A stretch of DNA of 64,000 nt from Ylistrum balloti (Eukaryota): positions 2,790,001 to 2,854,000 of the forward strand of contig NW_026782003.1 of the NCBI RefSeq assembly GCF_031769215.1, written 5' to 3'. How positions within the stretch are numbered: position 1 is the first letter of the stretch; every line of letters starts with the position of its first letter. The translations under genes and the position numbers were made by a program. Of this stretch, positions 59,991 to 64,000 are shown one piece after another. The notes below the pieces were generated by a model. The model saw nothing but the letters and a program-made list of their open reading frames with translations. It ran no database searches and was not told the DNA's origin.

Positions 59991-60210
59991 TAAACTATTT
60001 ATTTTACAACAATTGCGAAACAAGTTTTCCTACTTATATTGATAACTCTTGTTGGCCCGGATGGAAGGGGTCTTACTGTGGGAGGATACAGAATTACCCA
60101 GAGGAAACCCACGTAGTCGGACATATATCTTTTCATGTCTGTTCCGAAAATCGAACCCGGACATCTAGGTGAAAGGTGAGTGCGTTACTACTGCTCCATC
60201 CGACCACCCC
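59991..60210 (-). mobile_element. tRNA-derived SINE, same family as 23807, diverged
   Basis: The reverse complement gives gggtggtcggatggagcagtagtaacgcactcacctttcacctag, GGTTCGATTT and the gggccaacaagag...gcaattgttgtaaaa tail. Confidence 0.85.
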
Positions 60211-62939
60211 ATGATTCCAGTTTGATATGTTTCAGTCGAGCTCTTTTGAGAAATAGAATATATGAAGTTTGCATAAAAATTGATGAAATGATTTTTGTAA
60301 TTATTTCCGTTTTTGATGTTCTACAACGAAAACCACTTCCGGCGGACGTTGATACAGATAAACATATGTGTAATTGTGTTAAGATTTGTGTAAATCCATA
60401 GTGTACTTATATTGATTGTAAGGGCGCGATTACTCATCACGGTGGAAGTTGTATGATGTCATACAGCAATCATTGTTCATTAAAGTAGCTTCCGACTAGA
60501 ACTGATTTCCGGTGATTGTATTGTATTGTAATGGGACCGTAGTAGTGAATACAGATGTAGAGCGAAATACAATTCACTAAATACCATTAGATTAATGAAG
60601 AGAGGCGTCAATCGATTTCTGCGTTAAAAATGACCTCTTTCCTTCATCAGAAGACTTACCATTTTTATTTTATTTAAAGAAAATAGCAAAACCATTGCAT
60701 GGGTCAACTTGGCTTGTATTCTCCAAGGTTAGCATTACGAAGTTACAATCAACTATTGAAATTTCTTTCTTTCATTCCTTATAACCCTGTTAAAGCAATT
60801 TCATATAAGCCAGTTACTGAAATTTAAACGACATAATTTTATGTAACGGTCAGAAAATCTACCACAACCATATTATATTTAAGTCCGTGCCTTAACAGAC
60901 ATTTTAAAATTTGTAATCATTGTATGACTATATGTTTTATTTACATTTCCGTGGCATTCTAGTGCTTGGTATATCGACCCAAGGATATGTACCATAATAG
61001 GCTCTTAATGCAGATTATCTCCCTTGATTTCCTATTCTTTTACTTTTCTCGTGGACTCGCATCGAACATTCAACGAGCGTAGTCTAGTGGAGTAATCCAG
61101 ACCACTAGCTAAAGGGAATGATCAGAATATTGTTGTACTTAATAAGCTTAGAACGACTCTATGTTCCCCTGTCTTCCAAATGCACCATGTGAAAATACAC
61201 CGAAGTCCATGATATAACTTGATAGTACGGGTTAAATTATACGTTCCTGGTACGGGTGACGGATTAGAAAACTGATAGAGCGTGTAAGGACATTGACTTT
61301 AAAGTACCAGCTTAGACGTGATTATGTTAAGATTTAGACCAACATTATACATCATTACACGGTAGTATTAACCTCCTTTTTATTCCAGAAGACTTATACA
61401 TATCGTTAACACTGACTAACAGGTTTGTATTTAATTGAAATACACATGTATGCAGAAACATATATTCAGGTCTCAGATGTGCTGTGCACACTTTAATATG
61501 AATTAAATATCCTGACGTCCTACCCATTGGGTATTTTCTAATACATCATGGGATGGGTTTTATACAGGTAAACAGACTGGTCATGTATAACTTACATGCT
61601 ACACGCTCTAGGCAATTTTTTTACAAGAGTTGTTCCCCTTACATCATGAAACTATATTTGCTAATGTACTCTAAACAGGCGAAAGTGGGGGAAAAGGAGA
61701 ACCACTAAAAAGAGACCCGACAGAATATATCGAACTGCATTCGGAGTAATCGTCAGTGTAGTGATCCGTATATATTGTTTGTCGTCTGATGTCCAGACGG
61801 ACATGTTCAGACCGTGAACGATCTGTTCTGAGAATATGTTATTGATTTCCCTTCTGCATGTTACTGTGAGACAAGGCGTGTCTAGATTTAGCAAAGATAC
61901 CGAGGTCTAGAGGCTTTCGTTATATCCCGGAATGGTTCACTGTCCAAGACACATGCTAGCGAACATAACTATATACAAGTCTCGCTTGATTCGGACAGAT
62001 ACAAATGATCAGATGACTGTGGGCGAAAGCACGATAATCTGGACGCATACTGAACGGCAGAATATGCTGGCTCAGCAGATTTCATTACTATTCTCTATCC
62101 CACCAAGCCACTTTTATAAGATTGGGAATAGAACATATATAAGAGTACAATGGAAAATCGAGGACTTATAAAAAAAACCAGCATTTTGTCTCATTATCAA
62201 CGAAACGATAACAAAATATAACGAAAAGGTAAAAATACACGGAAACTTGAAAGATATAAAGTTATATAAGATTTTACCGGAAGGAAAAAGGGTGTGTATT
62301 GCTCCGCCATCGTTACCTTTTATGTTCATGTAGGTGAAACGCGGAATCTAAAAGAAAAGTTACCATAATATTTAAACTATTGCGCACAAGGGAAGATTCA
62401 GAACAAAGGTTTTCAGTTGTCAACTTTTGTCTTTCTAATCAATTGTAACATATTACTAACGTAGGTTGGGGAGTAAGATATGCTACTATCAAAACTTGGA
62501 ACGTTAACAGAGCAAATGTAAGATTTAGAAACATCACACAGCATCTGAGATTCCCGTGTCATATATTCTAGGCGGGGATGGGAGATTCCCTGTTAGGACA
62601 TTGGTATGACGTCATAACCACGATTCATTGGCATTACGTCAACCATGCCAAATATCCAGAAAACAATATTACAAAATGTGAAGAGAAAATAATTCTTCTC
62701 CTCGAGGACGATCCACTTCTCTGGAAAGATTATTCAGTTTGCATGCATGTGAAAATGGCGATTTCTCTCCAGAATCATCTTTTATATGCCGACCCAGGCA
62801 TGGTCATTTCTTTCTTTCTTTTTTAAGGCCAGGGTGTTTGGTTTTAATCGACTCCAGATCGATATAAAGAAAGTTGACAGAATGTCTCAATAATTATGAT
62901 TATCACTAGGATAACACGATCAGGGACACAACAATAGGA

Positions 62940-63900
62940 TCAAACCACCAGGATCAACCTTCAGGTTCACCACCAGGGTTAAACCACCAGGATCAAGTTC
63001 CAGAATCATACCTAAAAGTTCACCACCTGGGTCAACTACCAGCGTCATACCTCCAGGTTCACCATAGGATCACACCACCAGGTCAGCTACCAGGGTGACA
63101 CATCCAGGTTCACCACCAGGGTCATTCTATCATGGTCATTCTACCATGGTCACACCCACCACGATCATACCACCAAGGTCACACCATCGGGAAAAGTTAC
63201 CAATTGAGTCACACCACCAGGTTCAGACCACCAGGGTCACACCATCAGGAAAAGTTACCAATTGAGTCACACCACCAGAGTCATACCTCGGGAAAAGTTA
63301 CCAATTGAGTCACACCACCAGTGTCACACCTCGGGAAAAGTTACCAATTGAGTCACACCACCAGGTTCAGACCGCCAGGGTCACACCTCGGGAAAAGTTA
63401 CCAATTGAGTCACACCACCAGTGTCACACCTCGGGAAAAGTTACCAATTGAGTCACAACACCAGGGTCACACCTCGGGAAAAGTTACCAATTGAGTCACA
63501 CCACCAGAGTCACACCTCGGGAAAAGTTACCAATTGAGTCACACCACCAGGTTCAGACCACCAGGGTCACATCATCAGGAAAAGTTAACAATTGAGTCAC
63601 ACCACCAGGTTCAGACCACCAGGGTCACACCATCAGGAAAAGTTACCAATTGAGTCACACCACCAGGTTCAGACCGCCAGGGTCACACCTCGGGAAAAGT
63701 TACCAATTGAGTCACAACACCAGGGTCACACCTCGGGAAAAGTTACCAATTGAGTCACACCACCAGAGTCACACCTCAGGAAAAGTTACCAACTGAGTCA
63801 CACCACCAGAGTCACACCTCAGGAAAAGTTACCAATTGAGTCACACTACCAGAGTCACACCTCAGGAAAAGTTAACAATTGAGTCACACCACCAGGGTCA
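62940..63900. repeat. Minisatellite: degenerate 14-bp monomers grading into 43/57-bp higher-order units
   Basis: accagggtcacacc-like monomers at 62940-63180. gaaaagttaccaattgagtcacacc at 63249, 63292 and 63335 (period 43); some units carry an extra 14-bp ggttcagaccacca. Confidence 0.92.
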
Positions 63901-64000
63901 CACATCCAGTGTTGTCTCTTTAACCTTCACAGACATGTATCTTGGCTTACGCCTGCACTGACCGTGTTATCTTCGGACTGAATATGTCTTTAGCTGATAT

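Noticed and set aside
59710-60042. (VC)n and (HT)n ORFs
   Set aside because: Translations of the TG microsatellite and the SINE.

Overview
AT-rich, intron-containing animal genomic DNA. A bivalve mollusc is inferred from the repeat families; this is not proven. I assembled three complete minus-strand pirin genes (PIR-A 1367-5664, PIR-B 11619-17212, PIR-C 41445-49704), all with GT-AG introns and identical internal exon sizes and phases. A and B come from a tandem duplication of about 8-9 kb; C is an older paralog. A CYP2-clan P450 (20283-26111, minus) lies between B and C and lacks its C-helix (WxxxR) coding segment. An intronless RING-Bbox-Bbox-coiled-coil-NHL TRIM gene lies at 56567-58546 (+). 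Mobile DNA includes a 3'-truncated CR1/L2-group LINE with a 2A-like GDVETNPGP motif, three full-length tRNA-derived SINEs, a decayed HERO-like retroelement, MITE/Helitron-like pieces and many minisatellites. The most unusual signals all concern the pirins. Several minisatellites are built from or abut splice junctions, including stacked decoy 3' splice sites before exon 3 (4 units in A, 8 in B). A conserved 87-nt stop-containing candidate poison exon sits in intron 2 of A and B. A 61-aa in-frame targeting-peptide-like N-terminal extension is present only in A. All coordinates and translations were worked out by hand; family names rest on recalled motifs, not database searches.
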